Below the pieces are notes generated by a model, which saw only the letters and a program-made list of their open reading frames with translations, ran no database searches and was not told the DNA's origin. 64,000 bases of DNA from the IMG/VR virus record IMGVR_UViG_3300003877_000001, positions 124,001 to 188,000 of that record, one strand, 5' to 3'. The position numbers and the translations under genes are program-made. Positions within the stretch are counted from its first letter, which is position 1, and each line of letters opens with the position of its first letter. Positions 50,389 through 62,327 of this stretch are shown one piece after another.

Positions 50389-51138
50389 ATGAAGAAAATT
50401 GCAATTTTATTTTCTGGTGGTTTAGATTCAACATATTTAATGTGGAAAGCATTAAAAGGTGGTCATGAAGTATATCCAATTTATATTGAAATTAAAAATA
50501 ATAACACAAAATCACTAATTGAAAAACAACAATCTGAATTAATTATTAATGAACTTAATAAGGAATTTAATAAGAATATATTACTAAATAAAACAATAAC
50601 TATCGATGTGCATAACCACAATAATTTAGGGTTTGCTCAACCATTTTTATGGTCAACATTGGTTAATGTTGGTTTACCAAAGGGTGTTACTGAATTACAA
50701 ATAGGATATGTTTATGGTGATAGTGTAATTGCATATATTCCAGAAATAAAAAATTTATATAATTCTGCAAAACCATTTATGGTGGATCAACCAAAATTAA
50801 CCTTTCCAATAATTAAATCAGATAAAAATGATATTGTATACGAATTACCTAAACAATATAGAAAATTAGTTGTCTCTTGCGAAAATATTCAATTAAAAAA
50901 ATATTCAATAACTAATAAAGAAACTGGTTTTAAATATAGATTTTTCGAACCTTGTGGTGATTGTGAAATATGTAAAAAAATAATTGAAAATAAATATTAT
51001 AATTGTGAGGAAACTAAAAAGAATTATATATCTGCTGAAAAAAACTATAATGAATGGAGATATATTGAATTCAAAAATAAACATAATGGAGAAATTATGT
51101 TAATGAATAAAAGTAAAGAAGTATTATTAAAAAAATAA
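50389..51138 (+). CDS. QueC-like PP-loop ATPase
   Basis: FSGGLDST; SC...PCG.C..C. Confidence 0.7.
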   Translation: MKKIAILFSGGLDSTYLMWKALKGGHEVYPIYIEIKNNNTKSLIEKQQSELIINELNKEFNKNILLNKTITIDVHNHNNLGFAQPFLWSTLVNVGLPKGVTELQIGYVYGDSVIAYIPEIKNLYNSAKPFMVDQPKLTFPIIKSDKNDIVYELPKQYRKLVVSCENIQLKKYSITNKETGFKYRFFEPCGDCEICKKIIENKYYNCEETKKNYISAEKNYNEWRYIEFKNKHNGEIMLMNKSKEVLLKK

Positions 51139-51258
51139 AATTATGGAATTTTTAAAAGAACATTGGATTGATATTTTAGTGTTAACACCTTTTATTATTG
51201 GTGTTTCATTTCTAATATATATTGTTATTAGAAGAGAATTTTTCGAAAAACATTAATC

Positions 51259-51648
51259 ATGGAAGAAAAATCAAAAATATTACTTAAATTTGAGGAATAT
51301 CTTGAGTCAATTGGTGGTTTAGAAAATGGGTTTTATACCAATAAACCACTAATTAAAGATGCATACTTTTTTGATGTTTCTGATGGGTGGATTCCTCTAA
51401 TACAAAACTTAATCGAGGAATTAATCGAAGCTGGTTGGAATAAACAAATATGTCAAGTAAAAGAAAAATTTGGGGGTCTTAGGTTTTACATTAATGATGC
51501 TTCTGACGAAATTTGGAATATCATTGAAAAATATGAATCATTATCCTATGAAACATGCGAACTATGTGGTGAGAAAGCTGAATTACGTAAACATGGTTAT
51601 GGTTGGTGGTTAACCCTATGTAATAAACACCATTTAGAAAATAAATAA
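51259..51648 (+). CDS. hypothetical phage protein
   Basis: GW..L..QVKEKFGGLRFY..S..TCE.CG..GW..TLC..H. Confidence 0.7.
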   Translation: MEEKSKILLKFEEYLESIGGLENGFYTNKPLIKDAYFFDVSDGWIPLIQNLIEELIEAGWNKQICQVKEKFGGLRFYINDASDEIWNIIEKYESLSYETCELCGEKAELRKHGYGWWLTLCNKHHLENK

Positions 51649-51676
51649 ATCGTAAACCAAATAATAAATTAATGTT

Positions 51677-52798
51677 ATGAGTAAATATTCTTTTGATCGA
51701 TACAAAAATAATGTAACTATTGATGAATCTTATGATTTATATAATACACTAAATGTTATAAAAAATATTAATGATCATGTTCATTATTTCTTTAATGGGT
51801 TTAGTGAAATTAAAGACACAAATGAAGTTGTTATTAATTTAATTAAAGCTGATTTAAATTTTAAAGAATATCATAACATAATGTATTATGATAATGGTGC
51901 TGATATAATATTTCTAGAAAAATATGAATTCGTTAATTTTAATAAAATTAAAAATAACGAAATCAAACATGAAATAGCAATGGCTATTAAAGAAAGAAAT
52001 CCATCTGGATTTCATGAGGCATTAATAGAAACATCATCACTAATGTTTAATCCAGTATCATTAAAACCATTTTATACATGGGAAGGTATTGGTCTTAGTG
52101 GTTTTGATTTTAAAAATGAAGGATTATTAGTTGAAAGATTACTAGATGATCTTATTGATAATCTTTCAGAAGAAATAGGTATTCGCAACGCAACAACAGC
52201 TAATTCATTATTTATTGATAATAGTAATAATTTAATTTGTGGTTCTGGAATTACAATTGCAGATAACCCTAATGCTGCTGATGCAATGCTTAGTATGAAT
52301 AGATCAGGAGTTAAAATACCAGATTTAAAACCAGAAACAATTATCCTCAAAAAACACACACATAAAAAAGATGATAAAATTGTTTTAGATGATGATCCAT
52401 ATCCCTTAATTTATGGTGAAGACCTTAGTGATTCATTTAGAACCAATAATAGTTATTTTGGTAGTATTGATTGTGCTTCAAATGATAGTGATCGAAGTAT
52501 GTTATTTAGTAATATTATTAATGATGCTAATATTATTAATGATGCTAATATTATTAATAATTCCACCTCTCCTAATGTAGGAGATTATATTGTGACATCA
52601 CAATATGTTGTGACATCACAATATGTTGCAGACCAAATTAATGGTGTAATGGGAATTCCTAATGTTCATTTTGGTGGAAATAATACTGATATAGTTATTA
52701 GTGTGACATCAGATGATTCAATAAATGTTTTATCAAAAAATAATAAAAAAATTGATAATAAAGTTTGCATGATAGAAGATAAATTAGTAATATTGTAA
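51677..52798 (+). CDS. hypothetical protein with two in-frame 18-bp tandem repeats
   Basis: NIINDA repeated; VTSQYV repeated. Confidence 0.6.
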   Translation: MSKYSFDRYKNNVTIDESYDLYNTLNVIKNINDHVHYFFNGFSEIKDTNEVVINLIKADLNFKEYHNIMYYDNGADIIFLEKYEFVNFNKIKNNEIKHEIAMAIKERNPSGFHEALIETSSLMFNPVSLKPFYTWEGIGLSGFDFKNEGLLVERLLDDLIDNLSEEIGIRNATTANSLFIDNSNNLICGSGITIADNPNAADAMLSMNRSGVKIPDLKPETIILKKHTHKKDDKIVLDDDPYPLIYGEDLSDSFRTNNSYFGSIDCASNDSDRSMLFSNIINDANIINDANIINNSTSPNVGDYIVTSQYVVTSQYVADQINGVMGIPNVHFGGNNTDIVISVTSDDSINVLSKNNKKIDNKVCMIEDKLVIL

Positions 52799-53676
52799 TT
52801 CAAAATTAAACATTAAACATTTATAAAGTAAAATTTAAAACTAAAAATTATGAGCGAAAAAACTAAACAATCGAAATTTGAAAAAAGAGCAGTTGCATTA
52901 CTTAAAGGTGATAAAAACAATGATGTTCTTGCAGAAAGAGGTTATCGTAAAGCGGTGTCAACGGTTAATATCCAAGTAGCACAACTTGAAGGTAGAAAAG
53001 TTGAACTAGAAGCAAAAATTGATGAAGCAAAAGATGCTGTTGAAGGTGCACAATTTGATGTAGATTTCAATCTATCACTATATGATAGTACTACATCAAG
53101 TCTTGAATCTCTTGAAGAACATCTTGAAGATGTAGTTGCTACTTTGGAAAATAGAAGCGAATTACTTAAATCTTGGAAATAAAAGTATTATCTTTGAAAT
53201 GCAAAAGGCTCGAAACGGAATGAACCGATACTAAATTTGCTAAAATTATACATAGATTTAAATCATGAATATAGAATCGAAAAAAGGAGATAAAGTAATA
53301 TTTACAGGTAAAGGTGGATATGATTCTGAAAATGAATACGCTAGAAACCATTTAAAAGTAGACCAAATATATGTGGTAGATTATACAATTATTCATAATT
53401 TTAATACTGAAGTAATATTAGAAGGATTTCCAAAAAAGAAATTCAACTCTGTTCTGTTTGATGATGCAAATGTTGCTGAAGAATATCATAGTGATATAAT
53501 AGAATCTCTTACTAATGAACAACCAAAACCAGAAGACTATATAAATAATTTAGAAGATTATGTCGATGCTTTATTAGTTTATATTGAACGTCTTAAAAAA
53601 GAACAGGAAATTCAATTAGAAATGTATGCAATTGCAATGGATGAAGATCAACAATCAATAAAAAATCAAATCTAAT

Positions 53677-54030
53677 ATGAAAGAACAATTAATAGAATTT
53701 GAAACAGCTATACTTACTAAAGAAAAAGGATTTGAAATAGAAATTAATTCTTATTATGATGGAAATCCTGATGATCTAAGAATTGGTTTTCCACATAAAA
53801 ATAATATGATGCAAAGATTTAGATATTCAGCACCTACACAATCTCTATTGCAAAGATGGTTAAGAGAAGAATATTTTATAGATGTATTTGTAATAGATTC
53901 TATAAAAGAAAATTGCTATGATTGGGAAATAAGACAAGAAGATCAAAAGAAAATAGAATGTGATCAATATTATTATAATTATGAAGCAGCATTAGAAGAT
54001 GGTTTAATTAAAGCACTCAAATTATTATAG
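53677..54030 (+). CDS. hypothetical protein, paralog of 54333-54731
   Basis: I.FETA.L.KEKGF..PTQS.LQ.WLRE..YE.ALE..L. Confidence 0.7.
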   Translation: MKEQLIEFETAILTKEKGFEIEINSYYDGNPDDLRIGFPHKNNMMQRFRYSAPTQSLLQRWLREEYFIDVFVIDSIKENCYDWEIRQEDQKKIECDQYYYNYEAALEDGLIKALKLL

Positions 54031-54332
54031 ATTTTGATGAAAATGAGTTTAATACTCATGATAAATTACCAAGTATATTTGGTAACCTACAAGCAGCAAT
54101 TGATATAAGAGATAAAGTATATAAAAATGGAAAAATATTAGAACTAACAGAACTTAAAGTAATTGTAGAATGAAAAAATGGAACTGGAAATTATTTGGAT
54201 TTATTATGTTAATATCTTGGGTAGGTATACTCACCAATAAAAACTATATAACCTTTTGGGAAGCAGAATTAGTAGCAACTATTATTGGTCTACCAGTAGG
54301 ACTTGCTTTCGCTTGGTTAACTAAAGATTAAT

Positions 54333-54731
54333 ATGAAAGTACTAATAAAGTACGAAACAGCAGAACTAGCTAAAGAAAAAGGATTTCCCCAAAATATACC
54401 CTATGATCATTATATCGTTGGTGAAGATAAAAAATTCATGACTGATTATTTTTATAAATCATCTTTAATTGATGATTATAAAAATAATCTCTTAGGATGT
54501 CCTACTCAAAGTGAACTACAAAAATGGTTAAGAGATGAAAAATCATTATATATTGATATTTATACTGAATGTACTGTAAATGAAATTTTAGGGTTTAATT
54601 ATAAAATTACTAGTTGGTACGTATTACCTCAACAATATAAAAGGGAAAATATTTCTGGATTTGAGTTGACTTATGAACAAGCATTAGAACAAGCATTAAT
54701 TAATGGATTAAACTTAATAAAAATTAATTAA
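54333..54731 (+). CDS. hypothetical protein, paralog of 53677-54030
   Basis: Shares the ETA.L.KEKGF, PTQS.LQ.WLR and YE.ALE motifs with 53677-54030. Confidence 0.7.
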   Translation: MKVLIKYETAELAKEKGFPQNIPYDHYIVGEDKKFMTDYFYKSSLIDDYKNNLLGCPTQSELQKWLRDEKSLYIDIYTECTVNEILGFNYKITSWYVLPQQYKRENISGFELTYEQALEQALINGLNLIKIN

Positions 54732-55003
54732 CTTTATGACTGCTGAAGAATTTATACAAGAAATAGTTCAAGAAGGTTGTACAGCAACCATTAAACCCTT
54801 ATTAGAAGATCAGTTTGTTGAAGGTGGTACTCCCGAAAGTGGTTATAATATAAAGATAGATAAAAATTTAAGATCACAATCTTATGTGTCATTATAAACA
54901 AAAAATATTAGGAATGACTAGATTTCATGAAGTAATTAATAATAAAAAAAATGTTCTACACTATGCTATTATATCTAAATATGAGTATGAAAATAATAAG
55001 TGA

Positions 55004-55861
55004 TTAACCTTGTAAATTCTCTACTCCCTTTTCTTCAGTAGATTTATCTACAAATAATTTTAACCATTCTTTTAATTCTTTGAAATCTCTGAAAGTAGCA
55101 TCACCACTTTCACCAGAATCTAATAATTCCCATTCTATATCGAATTGATTATATACTTCTGATGCTGTGATAACCATATAAACACTACCTAATTTGTTAG
55201 ACTCTATAAAATCAGTATCTATAACAAAATCTTTATCAGCATCTGTACCACCTAACCCTCTTCTGATTCCTGATTCATCATCATTAGCATCTGATAACTT
55301 AACAAGTAACTTAATAATCTGATCTGCTTTACTGCTGTCTTTATAATCTTCTGGAAATACCTTAGTCATATCTAACCATATATATCTACCAGCATCTTTG
55401 ATAGCTTCCGCAGGATATCGATTTGATAAATATCTTAAATATAATTTTGCTCTTAATGTCTGATCAAACATACTATCATTACCTGACTCTACATCCTGCT
55501 CTCCTGTTGCTCCTTCCATTTTAATGTGCTTGATACCCTTTGCCTTTACTTCACTCTCTACAATGTCTGTAACAGTCTGTAATACTGAATTTAAATGCTT
55601 TAGGTCTTTGCCCGTTCTATGTCCTGAATTCTCCTGCTCGGCTACTGAAAATTCTACTTCGTAAACACCAATATCATGATTTCTATCATCATGCCAGATT
55701 CTAACTGTATATCTAATACCTGATGCTTGAAATATATATTGCATACTATCACCATGATCATATTGCTTCATATATTTTAACACCTCTTCATTAATTGTAC
55801 TAACTAATGAATCATGTATTAAAAGTTCTTCTTGTATGATGTCTAGGATGTCCATATACAA
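55004..55861 (-). CDS. hypothetical protein (late-type)
   Basis: 285-aa ORF directly preceded by AGTATTTAT on the - strand. Confidence 0.7.
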   Translation of the reverse strand: MYMDILDIIQEELLIHDSLVSTINEEVLKYMKQYDHGDSMQYIFQASGIRYTVRIWHDDRNHDIGVYEVEFSVAEQENSGHRTGKDLKHLNSVLQTVTDIVESEVKAKGIKHIKMEGATGEQDVESGNDSMFDQTLRAKLYLRYLSNRYPAEAIKDAGRYIWLDMTKVFPEDYKDSSKADQIIKLLVKLSDANDDESGIRRGLGGTDADKDFVIDTDFIESNKLGSVYMVITASEVYNQFDIEWELLDSGESGDATFRDFKELKEWLKLFVDKSTEEKGVENLQG

Positions 55862-56054
55862 ATAAATACTTTTATCTTTTAAAAAATAGTAGCCGATTTT
55901 TTTTGCTTTTCTATATACAATATCCTTTATAATATAGTATCATTTTTTGACATTACCCTCTACATTCTCTTAGAACATCCTAATACTATAAAAAATTATA
56001 AATTATTATAAAAGTATAGAAGGAAAAAAAATCGGTGAATTTTTATGTCATGTA

Positions 56055-56183
56055 GCACCCCGACCCTATATGGGGGGTCATTTAGGGGGGTATTAGTACG
56101 GGGGGATACGGGGGGTTTAAGGGGTCTTAAAGGGGTGGTAAAGGGACGTTCAGGTGGGGTGGTATTAGGAGATAGGACGGGCA
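56055..56183. other. G-rich non-coding tract
   Basis: Nine runs of 3-6 G on the + strand in otherwise very AT-rich sequence. Confidence 0.8.
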
Positions 56184-56276
56184 TAAAGTTTGTTAGAAGT
56201 CCTTAAAATAGGTCTAGGAATTAGGCATAAAAAAAGCAAGTATTAACTTGCTTTTTAACTTTTATTGTTGTATTGC

Positions 56277-57098
56277 CTATTTCATTATATAGGCAAGTAC
56301 TTTGCTATCTATTGCAGCCTTTTTTTCGGGTACTGCTTTTGATTTGTTACCTTTGGCATCAACACCTTTGTAGATGTAGGCATTTATTGCATTGTAAATT
56401 AACCAATCATTAACCACACCACCATTTAAGGTATTTGCTTCATTAATGGCAGTAGCATTAATTTCATTTAATTGAACTTTACTAGGTTTCAATTTTGTAG
56501 CTTCTAAAACAGCTTCGATACGTTCACCATAGTTAGGAATAGAACTGTCAGTAAGTACTTCAAATTTAGCTTTTATCTTATTTTGTAAGCTAAAGAATAC
56601 ATCCATTTTAGCAAACATTTGTTCAAATGAAGCTAAAATACTTTCGGTATGCTTACCTGAAATATGTAAATTAGTTTCTTCGTGTCCTTCTAAGGGTATT
56701 ACTAACCCATTAGAGCAAACTATACGAAAGTAACCAAAAGTTATGCTATACTTAGTTAAGCCATTGTAAGAATGATTAACACTAATCATTGGCTTAATTT
56801 GGTCATTGCCCGAACCAATAGCTAAATTATTATCTTCAAGTATGTATTTGGCATAAAAACGTACATTATCAATAGCATGATAAGCAACTGAAAATTTGTA
56901 ACCATTCTTTTTAAGGTCGGCTTCGATACGTGGAAAAATAACCTCATTAGGTACTAATTCGTAACGGTCAGAACAATAGTTTAAATCCATTGTTTTACCG
57001 TCAACTTCACCCCGAACAATGTAACCATATTCAGAATTTGTGTTTGCAGGATTTTCTACTTTCGATACTGGAAAAATAATATCATTTAAAGTTGTCAT
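56277..57098 (-). CDS. DUF932-like protein
   Basis: SDRYELVPN..NHSYNG..GYFRIVCSNGL..KHT..W..YNA. Confidence 0.75.
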   Translation of the reverse strand: MTTLNDIIFPVSKVENPANTNSEYGYIVRGEVDGKTMDLNYCSDRYELVPNEVIFPRIEADLKKNGYKFSVAYHAIDNVRFYAKYILEDNNLAIGSGNDQIKPMISVNHSYNGLTKYSITFGYFRIVCSNGLVIPLEGHEETNLHISGKHTESILASFEQMFAKMDVFFSLQNKIKAKFEVLTDSSIPNYGERIEAVLEATKLKPSKVQLNEINATAINEANTLNGGVVNDWLIYNAINAYIYKGVDAKGNKSKAVPEKKAAIDSKVLAYIMK

Positions 57099-57189
57099 AA
57101 TTAATTTGTTTAAGTGAATAATTAAATTGATATTTCAAAGGAACAACAAATAAATGAGAATACCAAATTTTTTAATTAAAAATATTAAA

Positions 57190-57789
57190 TTATAACATAC
57201 ATTCATTATAATTTTTTACAGAAATATAAATAGTATTATCGGAATCCATATATAAATCATCTTCATTAAATTCATGTTCACAAATAAAACCTAATACAGA
57301 CCCTAATTTATGTTTATCAGTTAATAAATCATTATCAATAATCCATTCTACAGCATCATTTGAATGAAATGAGATAAAACCATCATAAGAACTATAATTA
57401 ATATTAATATAGTCTTTAAAATCCTCAATATTTTCAATTAAAAATCTATTAATATTATTAATATTATCTTTTGATAATTTATAAGTAACATTAATAGAAT
57501 CATTAGAATAATTATAAAATTTAGGTGAAATAATCTCTTCAAAAATAATATCATTAATAAAATTATTTTCACTCAAATAGGTTTTAATTTTTTCAATTAA
57601 ATAATAACTTACTTGTGTTTTATATTCTTTAAAATCAAATTGAATTTTATCATATTCAATTTCATCTTTACCGTTTAATTTACGTTCTTGATTAATATTA
57701 AATATCTCGCTATCTTCTAAAGAATCACAATCCCAAATTGTATTGTAAAATCCACTAAATAAAGGTAAATAACTTTGAACACTTTCCAT
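57190..57789 (-). CDS. hypothetical protein
   Basis: LPLFSGFYNT..SPKFYNYSND..SYDGFISF. Confidence 0.65.
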   Translation of the reverse strand: MESVQSYLPLFSGFYNTIWDCDSLEDSEIFNINQERKLNGKDEIEYDKIQFDFKEYKTQVSYYLIEKIKTYLSENNFINDIIFEEIISPKFYNYSNDSINVTYKLSKDNINNINRFLIENIEDFKDYININYSSYDGFISFHSNDAVEWIIDNDLLTDKHKLGSVLGFICEHEFNEDDLYMDSDNTIYISVKNYNECML

Positions 57790-58118
57790 AATTGTATTTT
57801 TTTTTTGTTTGTGTACATCAAAAGAACAACTAATAATTAACAATACCTAATATTATTAATTAAATATTTTTTATTTATAATAATTCTAAATAGGACATTC
57901 TAAAAAAATATTATGTAGGTTGGAGTACACTCTCTAGGATTCTTGAGAAATCCAACCCCCCTAAACGGTAACACTAAAGTAAAAAGAATATTTGACAATA
58001 CCAAATATATTAAATAAAATATATTAAATAAAATAAATATTACATTTCGTTTGGTACTGTCAAATATTATAGTTTCCTTTGTATTGTTGTTCAATTAAAC
58101 AAATTAAAAATAATAATT

Positions 58119-58682
58119 ATGAAAAATTTAAAAGAAGTTAAAAGTCGTTTTTCTACTGTTAATGGTGCTAAATTTATTGCCGTTAATGGTTATGAGAGTA
58201 AAAGTAGTGGTGAAGTTGCAAACCATAACATTAACGTGAATATTAGTGTTGAAAATGCAAAAAAAGCAGATTTGGAAACGTTGAAAAACTTTCCTGCAAG
58301 TCAACTTAACGAAATTGCTGCAAAGGTAGGTGCAAGTAAAGAAGATGCAGTAAGGGCAATTGAGGAACTAATTGCAGCAGCCGAAAAAAATCTATCTAAG
58401 GACAAAGCAGATAGAACGGCACAAAGTCAAGCACAAACAGATTCTTACGTATCATTGGGCAAAGGTTTAAGATTACACCTTGACACTATGGAAGTTTATG
58501 TTAGTGGTTTCGCTAACTCTAAGACTATTATCGTAGAAGGCACTTACAAGACAGTAAACAGTAAACCTAAAACATTGGTAAAAAAAGCCATAAACAAAAC
58601 ATTGAAGATGTACAAATTCCGTAACTTCAAGCTAGGACAGGCAGATAGTTTAACCGTAACAGGTAGCACTATCCAACTGTAA
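58119..58682 (+). CDS. hypothetical protein
   Basis: 187-aa ORF, first gene of the rightward early block. Confidence 0.7.
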   Translation: MKNLKEVKSRFSTVNGAKFIAVNGYESKSSGEVANHNINVNISVENAKKADLETLKNFPASQLNEIAAKVGASKEDAVRAIEELIAAAEKNLSKDKADRTAQSQAQTDSYVSLGKGLRLHLDTMEVYVSGFANSKTIIVEGTYKTVNSKPKTLVKKAINKTLKMYKFRNFKLGQADSLTVTGSTIQL

Positions 58683-58991
58683 AGATAGGACAATGGTAAG
58701 GGGTGAAATTCCCTTTGCCGTTTAGTCGTTTGTACAATCTTCATTTTGAATATCCTAAATTAAAAAATATGAAATACTTTGTTAATAATATCCAATACGA
58801 TACTGATGGTGAAGTAATTGAATTACCTGATTCAATTATGGTAAATGTACCAAACCATTTAGAAGATAAAATTGAAATTGATGAATTTATTAGTGATCAA
58901 ATATCTAATGAAACAGGATTTTGTCATAAAGGTTTTAGCAGAAAGAAAATGGTAAGCTAATGGATTAACCACACACATAATAATCTTAAAT

Positions 58992-60315
58992 AAAAATATT
59001 AGTAAGTAAATTGATAGAGAATGTTAGCAGGTGTGTTAACCTTTTTGCTTTAAAATAAATTGGTATTTTATTTGGTATTCTCATTTGTATATTGTACCTT
59101 TGATATACACAAACAGAAACACAATGAAAGACTTACTTAAATTAATTGAAAAGGAATTTGACCTTAGTAAATGTAATACTACATTTGCAGAGATTAGTGC
59201 AGAAATTGATTACATTCAAGAAACATATATACATGATGCTGATGATTTGTTATTAACACTAGCATACATTAATTCTAATAAAGAAGTTCAGTTAGTTTTT
59301 TCTAATTAAAAATATTTCTTTGTGAAGTGTGTAAGAGGTAACAGAAATGTTACCTTTTTTTATTAAAAATTAGGAATTGTCAATTAAACATTGTACCTTT
59401 GAATTACACAAACAGAAATAATCATGAAAAAATATTTACTAATTATTGAATTTAGATATTCAGATGCTCCAAAACACGAAGATGGTTGCGATAGTCGAAA
59501 CAAAAAAATAACAATAGGTGTTTTCGATGATTTTGATGATGCGTGTATTGAGGGTAATAAACTCATGGTAAATCTTGAAAGTAAATTTGATTTACATGTT
59601 TATCCTAATGGTAATGGTGTTGCAAAAAAAGAAAGATTTAGTAAGCATGGTGGTTGTTTTGGTAGTAGTCATACACTGATAACAAACTTAGCATATTTAA
59701 AAACACCATTTGATTTTTATGCTAAAATATCTACATTACATATTGATTCAGTTGATGAAACAATTGAAGATGTTTTAAATTCAGTAAGAAAATATAGAAA
59801 CTATAAAAATCAAGAAAAATAATAATAGTACATTGTTTACTAAACACTTAATTAAAAATATTATGAAAAAACAATTAGAAACTTATTGCACATTACATTG
59901 GTGGAATATGGGTAAAAAGACACTTTCATTTAAAGGAGAATTAAAAGATTTATTAAAAGAACAAAAAATTACTTTTACTAAAAGAAAATCCGAACACGAA
60001 GGTTTATTTATTTTTATATTTAAAAGTGCTTATGATATTACTTTTAAAGTGAGAGGAACAATAAATGATTTTCCACATTATGCAAAGCAATTTATTCAAA
60101 TGGAATTAGTACGCATGGGCGACAAATCACAATTATATGTTACAGGTACTTGGCGTTCTACTGTAAATGTTAACTATTAAAAATATTAGTGGATAAATTG
60201 ATAAAGAAGGTTAGCAGGTGTGTTAACCTTTTTGCTTTAAAATAAATTGGTATTTTATTTGGTATTCTCATTTGTATATTGTACCTTTGATATACACAAA
60301 CAAACAAAGACAATG
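58992..60315 (+). repeat. about 125-bp near-identical intergenic repeat (58992-59125 and 60180-60315)
   Basis: GTTAGCAGGTGTGTTAACCTTTTTGCTTTAAAATAAATTGGTATTTTATTTGGTATTCTCATTTGTATATTGTACCTTTGATATACACAAACA in both copies. Confidence 0.9.
59424..59822 (+). CDS. hypothetical early protein
   Basis: ORF behind a cassette promoter. Confidence 0.65.
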   Translation: MKKYLLIIEFRYSDAPKHEDGCDSRNKKITIGVFDDFDDACIEGNKLMVNLESKFDLHVYPNGNGVAKKERFSKHGGCFGSSHTLITNLAYLKTPFDFYAKISTLHIDSVDETIEDVLNSVRKYRNYKNQEK

Positions 60316-60792
60316 GATTTACGGAAAGCAAAAACAATCGCATTAGAACTAATGACTGAACATGGTATAACCAATGATGGTTGGATTTTCAAGTTCGATA
60401 ATGCTAGAAATCGTGCAGGTGTATGTAGATATAGAAATAAAGTAATTGGTTTATCAAAATATCTTATACCTCACATGAAGGATGAAAAGGTAATTGATAC
60501 CATCTTACATGAAATTGCTCATGCTTTGGTTGGTTCAGGTCATGGTCATGACTATGTATGGCAAAGACAAGCCATTGCAATAGGTTGTAATGGTCAAAGG
60601 TGTTATAGTCCTCATAATGATATGAACAACTATGAAGAAACATTAGCCGTTCAAAGTAAGTACACATATAGTTGTCCTAGTTGTAATAAGAAAACTGCAA
60701 TACACCGTAAACCAAAAAGGTCTAAATCTTGTGGTGAGTGTTGTAGTTATTTTAATCCTGAATTCAAATTAATATTAACAGAAAATTATTAG
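60313..60792 (+). CDS. SprT-like zinc metalloprotein
   Basis: RAGVC..I.LS..DTILHEIAHAL..GH..W; C-terminal CxxC pairs. Confidence 0.85.
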   Translation: MDLRKAKTIALELMTEHGITNDGWIFKFDNARNRAGVCRYRNKVIGLSKYLIPHMKDEKVIDTILHEIAHALVGSGHGHDYVWQRQAIAIGCNGQRCYSPHNDMNNYEETLAVQSKYTYSCPSCNKKTAIHRKPKRSKSCGECCSYFNPEFKLILTENY

Positions 60793-60845
60793 GAATTGTC
60801 AATTAAACATTATACCTTTGAATTACACAAACAAACATAAACACA

Positions 60846-61238
60846 ATGAGTACTAATTCAACAATCACAGTAAGAACGGCAGAGAATGAACGTAAGAGCA
60901 TTTATTGTCATTGGGATGGTTATCCCTCGTATAATGGTAGGCTATTGTTAGAACATTACAATACACTTGCTAAAGCAAAAGCATTAGTAAAATTAGGATG
61001 GTTATCTGTATTGAACGAGAATATTGTCCAACCTAAAGGTGAGGTACATACATTTGAAAAACCTTATAAGAATGTTAATATCTATTATGGTAGAGATAGA
61101 GGTGAAGAAGATGTTGAATGTCAAACATTAAAAAATTCAGATTCTATTGATAAACAAGAATATAACTATCTTTTTAAGAATGGTAAATGGTTTGTTAATG
61201 GTGAAGTATTAACACCTGAAATTTGTGATGAAGATTAA
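60846..61238 (+). CDS. hypothetical phage protein
   Basis: SIYCHWDGYP..G..L..HY..YGRDRGE. Confidence 0.7.
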   Translation: MSTNSTITVRTAENERKSIYCHWDGYPSYNGRLLLEHYNTLAKAKALVKLGWLSVLNENIVQPKGEVHTFEKPYKNVNIYYGRDRGEEDVECQTLKNSDSIDKQEYNYLFKNGKWFVNGEVLTPEICDED

Positions 61239-61868
61239 TATTAAATATGTACAAATCCTTTGTTATTTACTTTAGGATTTGTACATTTGTTATTTACTAA
61301 AGTAAATACAATGAAAGTATATCGAGCAATGGCATATGGTTTTGATTCCACATTGGTTCTTTTTGTATGATGAAAATGAAATGGTATTACTATCTGATTT
61401 ACCTAATGGTTTTGTAGAAAAGTAAGAAATAATTAGGAATTGTCATTTGTACATTGTACCTTTGAATTACACAAAACAAATACAATCATGGCTTATATAA
61501 CAAGTAGATTATTAATAGCACAAATCAATGAAGATGCTTTACCTCATGGTATTGTAGCTGAAATGTTAGGTAGAGAACAATTTTTAGATACTGATTCTAG
61601 TCTAGGTGAAAGAATGTATAGTGCTGATATATTTTCAGATATTCTACATGAAAATAATATTAGAGATAAGTTTGTTGACTTCTTAGATGAAATAATTCAA
61701 GAGGTTAGAACCTATGATTATGTTCAGATTATCAACGTTTATAAAGACCCTAAAACTGAACCTAAAGAAGCAACAGCGTATGATTATGGTATGAGTGAAA
61801 AACACGACAATAATTAGGAATTGTCAATTTTATATAATACCTTTGTTATACACAAAACAAATACAATC

Positions 61869-62327
61869 ATGGGTGGATTTACAAAAATACAACTAAAAGA
61901 TGTTTCACAAGAAAACATTGATTTACAAAATTCTAAATTAGATATAATCGGTTTACGAAAAAAAATTAGATTTTATTCTAAAAAAGATATTGCTTTGGAA
62001 TATGAATACTTTAAAAAGGATGATGGTGTTTTTAATGAAAATTTCTTTCCAAGAAATCTAATACATAGTTTATCTGATTTTAAAAGGTATTGGAGTACAG
62101 AAGCATTAGGAGAAGTTTTTGTACCGCCAATAGGGTCATTAACATTTGATTGCTATTTTGGTCGCACATCCAAACGTGCAATGCATCATATTGGTTTATA
62201 CCTTGTTGATAATCACAAAGAAATTAAATCTGCATCGGGGAGTTATTCTGTATTTATTGAACGTGCAGGATTAAATGAACTTGAATTACTAATATTAGAA
62301 AAAGCCAATAAACTTGATAATTTTTAA
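61869..62327 (+). CDS. hypothetical early protein
   Basis: ATG after a cassette promoter. Confidence 0.6.
   Translation: MGGFTKIQLKDVSQENIDLQNSKLDIIGLRKKIRFYSKKDIALEYEYFKKDDGVFNENFFPRNLIHSLSDFKRYWSTEALGEVFVPPIGSLTFDCYFGRTSKRAMHHIGLYLVDNHKEIKSASGSYSVFIERAGLNELELLILEKANKLDNF

Noticed and set aside
50389-51138. 7-deazaguanine DNA modification cluster
   Set aside because: Only a QueC-like gene is present; no folE, queD, queE or dpdA in the window
55996-56184. Pro-rich 62-aa minus-strand ORF
   Set aside because: By-product of the G-run tract
2704-60667. Short minus-strand ORFs in the track (e.g. 2704, 4007, 5231, 8279, 16799, 44612, 52072, 60464)
   Set aside because: Antisense shadows of well-supported + strand genes
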